Part shown: positions 1 through 9,203 of the stretch, one piece after another
How positions within the stretch are numbered: the first letter of the stretch is position 1
How the letters are laid out: each line of letters opens with the position of its first letter
NCBI GenBank assembly: GCA_031378605.1
Contig: JANNEK010000009.1
Location: 1-61,650, forward strand
DNA length: 61,650 nucleotides
Direction: 5' to 3'
Source of the DNA: Chitinophagaceae bacterium
Lineage (GTDB): Bacteria > Bacteroidota > Bacteroidia > Chitinophagales > Chitinophagaceae
Notes under the pieces: model-generated
Database searches by the model: none
Seen by the model: the letters and a program-made list of their open reading frames with translations, nothing else
Told to the model about the DNA's origin: nothing
Translations under genes and position numbers: made by a program

Positions 1-51
1 GTTACCCGTTTGTTGCAACAACTTGTTTGGCCCTGCCCGGGCCTTATTTTT

Positions 52-1659
52 TTATACAACCTCCATTGTGGCTGGTTGTGCAGTATTTTCTTCTTCTTTT
101 ATTCCCCGCACCAGCCCTCCTACATCAACAATACTATATGCTTTGGGTAATTCATATCCATTTACAAAAATGGTAGGTGTTGCTTTAATATTCGCCTCCT
201 TGCTCCAATCTTCCTGCTCCACTAATAATTCATTTACATTCTCTTTGTTGCTTAACGGATATTGTTCTTCAAATTTTTTACGATCCATCCATTCAAACCA
301 ATGATGCAGTAATTCTCTTTTGTATATTATCAATTCCTCTTTAATTAATTTATCCTGCTTTGCTGCTACTAATTGCAACAGATATTCTATAGCCTTTGTT
401 TTAGTATCTTCTTTGTCAGAAGCATGAATGGTAAACCGAACGGTTACTCCCAGTTCTTTATTTGTTTCAATCAGCTCATGAAGAATAGTGTGTGCCTTTG
501 CACAGGGCCCGCAATAGGGGTTACAGGCTACCAGTATCTGCACCGGTGCATCGGAGTTACCCAATTGCAGGTCATTTTTCCAGGGAGTGCTATTTACACT
601 ACGCTCCTTTTTCAGTAAGGAATTAAATAGATCTGCATTATTTTTAAAACGCTGTAAACTCCAATTGGCTGTTTGCAGTTGCCGATTGTTTTTCCATAAC
701 TCTTTTAGGGTAAGCCAGGCAATAACCGTAATAAACAACACAAAGACAGTTAATGAAATGGTACTAAAATCGGGTAAAAAAACATTGCCTGCAATCAGTG
801 GGGGTAATAATATAACAGCCTGTACTATTAGTATACCCACCACCATCAAACAAAGCCTGCACCATTTTTTTGCAATGCGCCATTGATAGTAAACTGAGAA
901 GAGTGCAAAAAGTATATAAAACCCAGCGAAAAAACTGTGCAGGTTAACCAATTGTACACTGATACCCGTAAACGAAGCGATTATAATTATAAGAGCCTGA
1001 AAGGTGAACCAGCTTAGTCCAATATCGCCCCAACTTAACTCGCCGGGTAATTTTGCTGCATTGGATTTAATCACCTCATTACAATTTGTTGTGGCGCCGC
1101 ATACCTGATCGGCGAGTTTATTTTCTATACCCAAATCCTTGGTTATAATTAACCAACTTATAAATATACCCGCGGCGGCTGTTAATAGTAAAGCCGCCGG
1201 CATACTATTATTTGCTACTATTAATCCGCTTATCCCCAATAGTGCTATAAATACAATAGCCGTCACCGTTGTTTTAATATTTTGTCGATCTTTAGCAAGC
1301 ATCTTTTCATTTTGCTTATTGCTCCATCCGCTTGTTTTTTCTGCAGCCAATACCGTTCCTTTCCAGCGTACAAAAAAATGAGGAAACTGTTTATCTAAAT
1401 TATCTCTGTTCTTTATAATTACCCATTCACCACCATTGCCTGTTAAATGCGCCAAAAATGGAGTTGGTATTTCGGGCAATTGCTCTTTTTCTATTTGAAT
1501 AGCGGCATGTTCAATAGCTAGTTCCTGCAGCGTATCGGTAATACTTAACAGGGAGGGGTAGTCGGAATGGGTTTGCAATTGCCGGGTAAGATAGCGGGGA
1601 GATATCCGTATGTTTAAAGAGGAAAGCCAGGTACGAATGATAGTTTCAAAAGAAGGCAT
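52..1659 (-). CDS. Peptidase C39-like + VKOR + DsbA/thioredoxin fusion protein
   Basis: N-terminal HSDYPSLLSITDTL...PFLAHL (C39-like); membrane VKOR domain with VCGATTNC and WCRLC; C-terminal CNPYCGPC and TPTIFVNG. Start taken at ATG 1659 (ORF track extends to TTG 1713). Confidence 0.85.
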   Translation of the reverse strand: MPSFETIIRTWLSSLNIRISPRYLTRQLQTHSDYPSLLSITDTLQELAIEHAAIQIEKEQLPEIPTPFLAHLTGNGGEWVIIKNRDNLDKQFPHFFVRWKGTVLAAEKTSGWSNKQNEKMLAKDRQNIKTTVTAIVFIALLGISGLIVANNSMPAALLLTAAAGIFISWLIITKDLGIENKLADQVCGATTNCNEVIKSNAAKLPGELSWGDIGLSWFTFQALIIIIASFTGISVQLVNLHSFFAGFYILFALFSVYYQWRIAKKWCRLCLMVVGILIVQAVILLPPLIAGNVFLPDFSTISLTVFVLFITVIAWLTLKELWKNNRQLQTANWSLQRFKNNADLFNSLLKKERSVNSTPWKNDLQLGNSDAPVQILVACNPYCGPCAKAHTILHELIETNKELGVTVRFTIHASDKEDTKTKAIEYLLQLVAAKQDKLIKEELIIYKRELLHHWFEWMDRKKFEEQYPLSNKENVNELLVEQEDWSKEANIKATPTIFVNGYELPKAYSIVDVGGLVRGIKEEENTAQPATMEVV

Positions 1660-1726
1660 AAGATAATGGTTGAATGTAAGCGTTATTAAATGTCCGCTCT
1701 TTTTTGTTAGCAATCATTGAATGAGT

Positions 1727-1743
1727 GGTTGTATTTTACAACC
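1727..1743. promoter_or_regulatory. Palindromic operator candidate GGTTGTA-TTT-TACAACC
   Basis: Perfect 7-3-7 inverted repeat between the divergent VKOR-fusion and XRE genes. Confidence 0.4.
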
Positions 1744-1779
1744 TACTTATAAAATCAGTTCTATTTTCTACATTACTGT

Positions 1780-1840
1780 CCCTCACCCCAACCTCCCGCA
1801 ATTGCGGGACAGGCTCTCTCCACTCCGTGGAGAGGGGAGA
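1780..1840. repeat. REP-like nested palindromes
   Basis: CCCTCACCCCAACC, then hairpin TCCCGCAATTGCGGGA (1794-1809) and hairpin CTCTCCAC-TCC-GTGGAGAG (1816-1834); GC-rich patch in AT-rich intergenic DNA. Confidence 0.6.
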
Positions 1841-2062
1841 AATACATGTTCAACATTAGTTTATTCAGGTTTAGCAAAAAATTTTCGAAACAACAATGAT
1901 GTATTTTATGGAATGATCTTTGACGCAAACTCCTAGTATATACTACTATGTGGTAATTAATTGTTATCGCTGTTCTTATTCCAACATATATTCCTATCTT
2001 CATAACAAGCGATGGTAAAAAATAAAAAAGAATTTATTTCTTAACTACAAAATTATTTTGCC

Positions 2063-2302
2063 ATGGCCTTAGGAATCCTCATCAAACATTTACGTATTGC
2101 CAAAGATCTCAAACAGGCAACTGTTGCGCACCGCCTTGGTATTAGCCAGCAAGCTTATTCTAAATTAGAAAGTTGCAAGGAGGTAGGTATACTTCGACTC
2201 TCTAAAATTTTAAAAGCAATGGATAGTAATGAGGAAGAATTGAATGAAGTTCGTAAATTGTTTACCCTCCCCCCCCCCCGAAAGATGAAGAAAGAAGTTT
2301 AA
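2063..2302 (+). CDS. XRE-family helix-turn-helix transcriptional regulator
   Basis: IKHLRIAKDLKQATVAHRLGISQQAYSKLE is a typical HTH_3 pattern; C11 tract at 2269-2279. Confidence 0.85.
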   Translation: MALGILIKHLRIAKDLKQATVAHRLGISQQAYSKLESCKEVGILRLSKILKAMDSNEEELNEVRKLFTLPPPRKMKKEV

Positions 2303-2492
2303 AAGACAGGAGACAGAAGACAGAAGTCGGGAGTCATGAGTCAGGAGAAAAAAGTTAGAATTCAGAAGGCAGAATATTAGAAAAGAGTACAAAGAGAAAA
2401 GAGATTAAAGAGAAAAGAGATCAAAGAGAAGACAGTCACAAAGGAAAAGAGTACAAAGAGAAAAGAGATCAAAGGAGAAGAGTATCGCAAAG
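2303..2492 (+). repeat. Purine-rich heptamer array followed by ~7 copies of a ~16-bp tandem repeat
   Basis: AGACAGG AGACAGA AGACAGA AGTCGGG AGTCATG AGTCAGG..., then AGAAAAGAG(TAC/ATT/ATC)AAAG units at 2379-2492. Confidence 0.8.
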
Positions 2493-2764
2493 CGATTAAA
2501 GAATAAAAAAAACTCTGCGTTCTCCGTGCCTCTGCGGTTAGTTGTTTTATTGAAATGTTTGTCGCTGGGTTGTGAGAATATCAATTATTCTTTGAAAGAG
2601 AAAATATTCTTGATTTTTTTTACCGCAGAGACGCGGCGACGCAGAGGAAATGATTTGCTCTTTCTCAGTGCCTCTGCAGTTAGTTATATTTAATAGAAGA
2701 CTCAATGCGACTAAAGAATTAATAAAAAAACTCTGCGTTCTCTGCGCCTGCGGTTAGTTGTTTT
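2491..2764. repeat. Cluster of four gene-less GxxExxY-type end repeats (REPIN-like)
   Basis: CTCTGCGTTCTCCGTGCCTCTGCGGTTA (~2513-2540), TACCGCAGAGACGCGGCGACGCAGAG (2621-2646), CTCTTTCTCAGTGCCTCTGCAGTTA (~2658-2683), CTCTGCGTTCTCTGCGCCTGCGGTTA (2731-2756); resemble the ends at 30091-30117 and 30511-30537. Confidence 0.75.
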
Positions 2765-2902
2765 TAATAGTTCAAACCAAATAATCTCGTAGACTATTAA
2801 AAGAAAGAATTCAGAATGGCAAACTGATTTAAAAAAAAATTTACTCTTGCGCAGAAGAAACCACAAACTATAAACTACAAACGGTAAACCCCAAACCTTT
2901 TC

Positions 2903-3763
2903 CTATTTCGCCGAAGGGCACCTATACGATGTAAGATTAAATGAAAAGGTAAGTTCCGCAAAAATAAACTGATCTTTTTGTTTAGCATAACCTCTTTGTC
3001 TACCCGCTGTTCCAATAATTTCGCCGGTTTCGTAACTGCGATCCTGTAACAATTGTGCAGGGGATGGATTACCATCGGGCAAAAGAGGAAATTTATCGGC
3101 ACCTACATAGGTTTGACTAACATCATCAATATAATCGGTTGTGGTAAACCGATGGGCTATTTCAAACCCAATATTCATACGGTCGTTAAGCGCATATTTT
3201 ACACCCACTCCAAAAGGAATTGAAAAGGCCATTGTGGTATAGGGAGTTCGTGCCGGACTTACTGCTGCAGAGCCCTGACCTTCGGTACCGAGTGTACGTA
3301 AAAAATATTTTTGTCCACCAAGAAATGCATAAGGATCATAACTGAAAATACCAACACCTAAAGTTACATAGGGTGTGAAGCTATGGTCGGGATCGCCGGG
3401 AACAAACTTGAAAAAATTAAAATCTCCCTGAAGTGCCAACTCAAAAATATTACTATTGAAACTCAGGTTGCGCCGGTGTTGATAATCATTTTTTGTATTA
3501 TAAATATCTGAATACCCTAATTGAGCAAAATGAGCGCCTACCCTCAACCCTACATAATTGCCAAACTGTTTACGAAAAAAAACACCAATAACGGGTTTGG
3601 GCCTGTTCACTTTTCCTCTTGTATTCAAATCGCCAAAATAATGAGCGGCTCCCAGAGAAAAACCAATCTCCCCTTCCTGCCGAATACTTTCCCATTGAGC
3701 ATTTACCGCCGATGTTGATGAAAAAACAAGCAGGATAACAAAAGCAAGGATCAACTTCTTCAT
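2903..3763 (-). CDS. porG: Outer-membrane beta-barrel protein, DUF6089/PorG-like
   Basis: Signal peptide, HYFGDLN, RRNLSF, RFTTTDYIDDVS motifs; next to NAD kinase as is usual in Bacteroidota. Confidence 0.65.
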   Translation of the reverse strand: MKKLILAFVILLVFSSTSAVNAQWESIRQEGEIGFSLGAAHYFGDLNTRGKVNRPKPVIGVFFRKQFGNYVGLRVGAHFAQLGYSDIYNTKNDYQHRRNLSFNSNIFELALQGDFNFFKFVPGDPDHSFTPYVTLGVGIFSYDPYAFLGGQKYFLRTLGTEGQGSAAVSPARTPYTTMAFSIPFGVGVKYALNDRMNIGFEIAHRFTTTDYIDDVSQTYVGADKFPLLPDGNPSPAQLLQDRSYETGEIIGTAGRQRGYAKQKDQFIFAELTFSFNLTSYRCPSAK

Positions 3764-3899
3764 TAGTAGTTCTTATTTTATTGGGTCAAACGAAAAATTT
3801 AGGTAAATAGGTACAGAAATTTTTATGATGTGCAAGATAGTAAATTAGAATATTAACCAAAAGGAACGCAGGATTGCTTTTTTTGTTTTATGGCTCCTG

Positions 3900-4778
3900 T
3901 TAATTTCTGGTATCAAGTCCCCATGATAGTTTATTACGCAGGGTTTGAAGAAAATTATTTTCATTGAGCCGCACCAGGCTAAGGGTGAATGCTTCGCGCC
4001 GAACCGCTAACTGTACATTTTTATCAACTATCTCCTTCCGCGAGTCGAGGGCACAAATAAATTGATCGGACCGTCCCTCAATTTCAAAAGAAATAATATT
4101 GGTATCGGGTACTACAATTGGCCGAACATTAAGATTATGGGGTGCAACCGGAGTAATTACAAAACTGGAAGATTCGGGAAATACTACCGGCCCGTTACAA
4201 CTCAATGAATAGCCCGTTGAACCAGTAGGAGTTGATACTATCAGTCCATCCGCCCAATAGGTATTCAAAAATTCACCGTTTAAATAGGTATGAATTTTAA
4301 TCATCGGGGAAGTATCCGTTTTATGGATAGCGAATTCATTCAATCCGTACGGTACTTCACCAAAAAGAGGTTTATCAGCATCAAGATGAATCAGCGATCT
4401 TTTATCAATAACAACAGTTCGTTTAATAAGCGATTGTACGGCGCTGCTCAGTTCATCACGGCCAAGACTTGCTAAAAAACCTAACCGGCCAAAGTTAATG
4501 CCGAGAACAGGTATATTTTTATTCCTTACCAGGGTAACGGTATCCAGTAACGTACCATCACCGCCAAGGCTTATCAAAAAATCGATGGATTCGTCCAGGT
4601 CGGCAGAATTATTAAATACAGAATAACTATCGGGCAATTGAAAAGAGTATTTTATTTTTTCAAAAAAGGGCTGGTAAATAACCGGCACCACATTTTCTTT
4701 TACCAATTCCTCCAGCATTTGTTGTACTTCTGCCTGCTGGTCGTAATCAATAGCCCGACTATATATTGCCACTTTCAT
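3900..4778 (-). CDS. nadK: NAD kinase
   Basis: LGGDGT, GINFGRLGFL, NE and TPTGSTGYSLS motifs. Confidence 0.95.
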   Translation of the reverse strand: MKVAIYSRAIDYDQQAEVQQMLEELVKENVVPVIYQPFFEKIKYSFQLPDSYSVFNNSADLDESIDFLISLGGDGTLLDTVTLVRNKNIPVLGINFGRLGFLASLGRDELSSAVQSLIKRTVVIDKRSLIHLDADKPLFGEVPYGLNEFAIHKTDTSPMIKIHTYLNGEFLNTYWADGLIVSTPTGSTGYSLSCNGPVVFPESSSFVITPVAPHNLNVRPIVVPDTNIISFEIEGRSDQFICALDSRKEIVDKNVQLAVRREAFTLSLVRLNENNFLQTLRNKLSWGLDTRN

Positions 4779-4921
4779 TTGTAAGAATTGAGTTTTGTAA
4801 GAAGCGACTATACTTTGTTACTCTTTAGCCGCTCATGCCTTCCACTTATTTAATGGGGTTAATGATTTTACGATTTTTGCATATTAGAATTTCATAAACC
4901 TGTTTAATAGCTGTATCCTGA

Positions 4922-6379
4922 TTAAAAATCACTTTTGATATGTAAAAATAGTCCGTTTTGACCTAATTGATTAAAGCTGTAATCAATCCGAAGTACAAAA
5001 TCGTAAAAACTAACCACATCAACGCCTACACCTGTTGTATAAAGCATTCTGTTCGTCAGTGAATTTTCTGCATTGAAAGGATTGTGTGAATACCCAACGT
5101 CGGCAAAAGTTTTTGCATAAATACGGAAGGGAATGGTACTATGTGAACTGGATTTTAAATGAGTGGCCACCTTAAATTGAAACAATTCTCTACGCAATGT
5201 TTGCCTGATAAGCAAAGCTCCTACACCATCCACAACATATTTTTCTAACCCTCTTAAATAAAAGTCACCATACCCAAACATACGCTGGTTAATAAAGGGT
5301 TGATCAAAGGGAACTCTTAGAACTCCTTGTGCCTGCCATGCGTACCATATTTTTTTAGAAAATGGATGGCTCATCGTTATTTTTCCACCCAATTGCCAAA
5401 GATTCATATCCTTATTAATACCTCTCTTTAAAAAGGTTGCTTCGGCCATCCAACCTTTAAGCGGATAGGGTATATAGTCGATCTTAACATAACTTAAGCT
5501 ATAAGACAGCTCGGGATAAAACAGGCTGTTTTTATTATTGAAAAAATATTTTGGGTTTATTACCAATACCTGGCTATCTACTTCCTGTTTAACAAACCCA
5601 AGTCTAACGGCATGGAACGTACGTAACCCCGGGCGGTAGGTATAGTCGACATGGCCATACCATTGCTTGGTTATACCAAGTGTATCCGAAAACTGTTGGG
5701 AGTTATTAAGTGTAACAAAATTTATTTCATTGTTGGTGTTAAAGGAAAATCCAATTTTATACCCATGCCGGAGCGTTTTATCTGCATAAGGCTGCTCATA
5801 CAAAAACTGTATCTGTTTAGTATATCCTGTAATAAGCCAGATTTTCAGTTTATCATTTCTTCCGGTAAAATTGTTGTATAAAAATTTAAATCCATAGTTG
5901 AGGCGATCAATACCAACTCCCTGCTTTATAAATTCCTCGAAATTTCGATCCACAACTTTTACATAGGGAATCGGAAAAACATACCAGCGTTCTTTTACTT
6001 CTATTTGAATATCGACTATATAACCCCGAAAGGATTTAAGCGCTACGATCACTTCATTGAAAAGTGCTGTATTCATTAATTGTTGCCGGGCAACCTCAAA
6101 ACCCTCCACCAGTTTAGATAGAATAATTGAATCGCCCGTACGAAAGGGTAATTCCCTTTCAATAATATATGATTTGGTTTTTTTATTTCCTTCTATGAAT
6201 ATAGTGCCTACCACAAATGGAGTAGGGCTGGCGGTATTGTTTAAGGTGCTATCGGAAGGTATGCCAGTTACAATAAATGGCATAGGCAAATTTAAAGCAA
6301 TAGCTTGTGCTTTTGCGTTTTCAAACCAGCATACTAAAAAGGATGCTATAATCAGATAATATTTCTTAGTCATCCACAT
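4922..6379 (-). CDS. POTRA-domain BamA/TamA-family outer membrane protein
   Basis: IEGNKKTKSYIIEREL POTRA, VKERWY, LRG motif, C-terminal Phe. Confidence 0.8.
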   Translation of the reverse strand: MWMTKKYYLIIASFLVCWFENAKAQAIALNLPMPFIVTGIPSDSTLNNTASPTPFVVGTIFIEGNKKTKSYIIERELPFRTGDSIILSKLVEGFEVARQQLMNTALFNEVIVALKSFRGYIVDIQIEVKERWYVFPIPYVKVVDRNFEEFIKQGVGIDRLNYGFKFLYNNFTGRNDKLKIWLITGYTKQIQFLYEQPYADKTLRHGYKIGFSFNTNNEINFVTLNNSQQFSDTLGITKQWYGHVDYTYRPGLRTFHAVRLGFVKQEVDSQVLVINPKYFFNNKNSLFYPELSYSLSYVKIDYIPYPLKGWMAEATFLKRGINKDMNLWQLGGKITMSHPFSKKIWYAWQAQGVLRVPFDQPFINQRMFGYGDFYLRGLEKYVVDGVGALLIRQTLRRELFQFKVATHLKSSSHSTIPFRIYAKTFADVGYSHNPFNAENSLTNRMLYTTGVGVDVVSFYDFVLRIDYSFNQLGQNGLFLHIKSDF

Positions 6380-6448
6380 GCCGGCAAACTACTGTTTCAA
6401 CAATTCGAATTAATGATACGAACCTGACGAAGATAAAGAGATGAAGTG

Positions 6449-7108
6449 CTAAATGTTGAGATAGTTCATTAAATGATCATAATTATTTCGCAACTCATTC
6501 TCATATAATTCCTCACCAAAAAAATATTTTACCTGGTACTCATAGCGCTGAAAAGTAGCAATGATATCAGATATTTCGAATTTATTGATCTTAAGTGTAA
6601 TGAAAAATGTTTCTGTACTGTTATCCCAAAAAGTATTTAATTGAGTTATTTGTGCATCATTCGTTTCTACCAGTTTGCTTAATTCTGAAAAGGAAAAATT
6701 ACGTTGTTCCATTTCAAGTACTATAATTGCACCGGGCTCGCTGGCTCCGGTAAGCTTCCCAAGTTGCATCAATAAATCAGTTGCACTGATAACGCCCAGA
6801 TACTCTCCCTCTTTTTCAATTACTGGTACAACAGAAAGATGGTAATCGTTGGCGGCCTGAATGGCTTCAACAAAATAACTATCGGACCGAACCGCAACTT
6901 TTGAAAACCGCTCTGCTACGGACTGAAGAATTGCCTGTTCATCAAGATTCAACAGGTCTTCCTCAAAAACAAGCCCTAAGTATTTGTTATCCTCCACTAC
7001 CGGTAATTGTGAAACGTGAAATTCGTTCATCATTTCCAGGGCATGCATTACCGTATCAACCAGGTTAAGAGTTGGCATTGAAGCAGAAATGATTTCTTTA
7101 TTTAACAA
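6449..7108 (-). CDS. CBS domain-containing protein
   Basis: Tandem CBS motifs LPVVEDNKYLGLV and VPVIEKEGEYLGVI. Confidence 0.85.
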   Translation of the reverse strand: MLNKEIISASMPTLNLVDTVMHALEMMNEFHVSQLPVVEDNKYLGLVFEEDLLNLDEQAILQSVAERFSKVAVRSDSYFVEAIQAANDYHLSVVPVIEKEGEYLGVISATDLLMQLGKLTGASEPGAIIVLEMEQRNFSFSELSKLVETNDAQITQLNTFWDNSTETFFITLKINKFEISDIIATFQRYEYQVKYFFGEELYENELRNNYDHLMNYLNI

Positions 7109-7236
7109 GCTCTATTATTTTACGGTTTTAAAGCAATTATATTAATCTGAACAGACGTTCTTACGTTTTAATAACTCATAAAAGGGATGGTAATGAAAAC
7201 AAGAACAAACTAAATTCCAGAATAAGACGTGTTTTT

Positions 7237-8013
7237 TCAGACTACTGCTGCGGGATGCTTCAGTTTTGTCAAAAATTTATGCACAACACGGTTAAATTCT
7301 TCGGGCACTTCCATCATTGGTGCATGCCCGCATTTATCAATAAACTGCAACTCGCTATTGGGTATCAACCGCTGAAATTCTTTTCCAACAAAAGGTGGAG
7401 TTATTGTATCATTATTGCCCCATACCAATAACGTTGGTTGTTTAATTTGATTGAGTTCATCACCCAAATTATTTCGAATAGCACTTTTCGCGAGTGCAAT
7501 AATTTTAATTGCCTTTAACCGAACATTTACAGTTTCGTACACTTCATCCACTAATTCCTTGGAAGCAATGGCCGGATCATAAAACGTAAGCTCCGTTTTC
7601 TTTTTAATAAATTCATAATCGCCTCTTTTTGGATAAGTATCGCCCATCCCGTTCTCAAAAAGGCCGGAACTGCCGGTTAAAATAAGCGACCGTACCCGTT
7701 CAGGGTGCTTTAATACATGCACCAGGGCAACATGCCCACCGAGGGAATTACCTAAGAGATGCACCCCCTGATAATTTCGATTTTCAATAAACTTATGAAC
7801 GAATTTCTCTAACCCCCCTACCGAGGTATGAAGCAGATCGAGTTCAAACAATGGAAGTATAGGCACCACTACTTTGTTGTAATGGCGGAAATACTCTATC
7901 AAATCTTTGAAGTTACTTAGTGCCCCAAATAAACCATGAAGTAAAATCAGCGGCTCTCCTTCCCCCTCTTCAATAAATTTGAACTTATCCACTTGTTTAA
8001 TCTCGTATTCCAT
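7237..8013 (-). CDS. Alpha/beta fold hydrolase
   Basis: LLHGLFG, GNSLGG nucleophile elbow, CGHAPM. Confidence 0.9.
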   Translation of the reverse strand: MEYEIKQVDKFKFIEEGEGEPLILLHGLFGALSNFKDLIEYFRHYNKVVVPILPLFELDLLHTSVGGLEKFVHKFIENRNYQGVHLLGNSLGGHVALVHVLKHPERVRSLILTGSSGLFENGMGDTYPKRGDYEFIKKKTELTFYDPAIASKELVDEVYETVNVRLKAIKIIALAKSAIRNNLGDELNQIKQPTLLVWGNNDTITPPFVGKEFQRLIPNSELQFIDKCGHAPMMEVPEEFNRVVHKFLTKLKHPAAVV

Positions 8014-8086
8014 CAGCTATTATAATTCAATCAATCAATTAATCGCTAAAATAACTGTTTTAAAGCAAATATCCCATGCAAGCCCC

Positions 8087-8626
8087 TCAATGGGATATTT
8101 TTTGGGCAAGATTTTCGAAAAATTTCTGAAGTTCAGTGAACATATCTTTAAACACAGGAACAAATCCTCCGATGCTGTTAATTACCCGTGGACCCCAGGG
8201 TTGTATGTACTGATAGGTGACCGAGTCACTTATTGTTTTATTTTTTATCAATCCCGATTGCATTAAAAAAAATAATACCACACTAAATATCAGCAAATAA
8301 ATAACGATGTACAGTAATGCTCCGCCTATTTTGTTGACCCAGCCGAGCCAAAGCATTTCTACAGAAGCCTGAATTAAATTGGCAACTAATCTAATTAAAA
8401 ATGCAACAAGCACAAATACCAGAACAAAAGAAATCACAGGTAACCATTTAGCAGATATCGATACAGTACCTTCGAGGTAGCCAGCAACCAACACAGATAA
8501 CTTCAAAGCAGCAGCAAGTCCCACTATTAATCCAATCAATGAAAATAGCGCTACGATAATTCCACGCTTAAAACCTTTATAAAGAGCTATGGCCAATAGC
8601 ACCATTGTAAAAACATCAATGATCAT
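8087..8626 (-). CDS. cvpA: CvpA (colicin V production) family membrane protein
   Basis: IID...YKGFKRGII and LGWVNKIGGAL patterns, four hydrophobic segments. Confidence 0.8.
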   Translation of the reverse strand: MIIDVFTMVLLAIALYKGFKRGIIVALFSLIGLIVGLAAALKLSVLVAGYLEGTVSISAKWLPVISFVLVFVLVAFLIRLVANLIQASVEMLWLGWVNKIGGALLYIVIYLLIFSVVLFFLMQSGLIKNKTISDSVTYQYIQPWGPRVINSIGGFVPVFKDMFTELQKFFENLAQKISH

Positions 8627-8666
8627 ATTCAAATTTTAATACTCAATTACTAAGAAATAACTGGCT

Positions 8667-9119
8667 TTATTTGGTTAATAATTCCTTCACAAGCATCCCG
8701 ATTGTTTTACCATCAGCTTTACCGGCTAACTGTTTAGTGGCAAGTCCCATTACTTTTCCCATATCAGCTATCGACGAAGCTCCCGTTTCCGATACTATTT
8801 TTCCTACCAACATTTTTAATTCCTCCAATGAAAGTTGCTTTGGTAAAAATTTTTCAATGATTTCAATTTCTTCAGATTCTTTTTGGGCAAGATCTGTACG
8901 GTTCTGTTGTTGAAAAATTTCCAACGAATCTTTACGTTGCTTTACAAGCTTCTGTAATAATTTTATTTCGTCTTCTTCTGTTATTTCACCACCTGCTCCT
9001 TCCGACGTTTTAGCTAATATGATAGCAGCTTTTATTGCCCGAAGACTGCGAACTGTTTTTTCATCTTTTGCAAGCATTGCAGTTTTTAATTGTTCCATTA
9101 TTTTTTGTTCAAGATTCAT
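8667..9119 (-). CDS. GatB/YqeY domain protein
   Basis: LKTAMLAKD, VKQRKDS, FLPKQLS, DMGKVMG, GKADGK. Confidence 0.9.
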   Translation of the reverse strand: MNLEQKIMEQLKTAMLAKDEKTVRSLRAIKAAIILAKTSEGAGGEITEEDEIKLLQKLVKQRKDSLEIFQQQNRTDLAQKESEEIEIIEKFLPKQLSLEELKMLVGKIVSETGASSIADMGKVMGLATKQLAGKADGKTIGMLVKELLTK

Positions 9120-9203
9120 ACAATTTCTTTTTGAATGTTATTTGTGCTGACAAGATAAAATGACAAATGGGAAAATGATTATTTAGATTTAATAAAAAGT
9201 ATT

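Noticed and set aside
1721-2003. Short ORFs 1721..1936 (+) and 1773..2003 (-)
   Set aside because: They run through REP-like palindromes and the promoter region and show no protein-family features
2210-2392. 60-aa minus-strand ORF
   Set aside because: Antisense to the XRE gene and derived from the heptamer repeats
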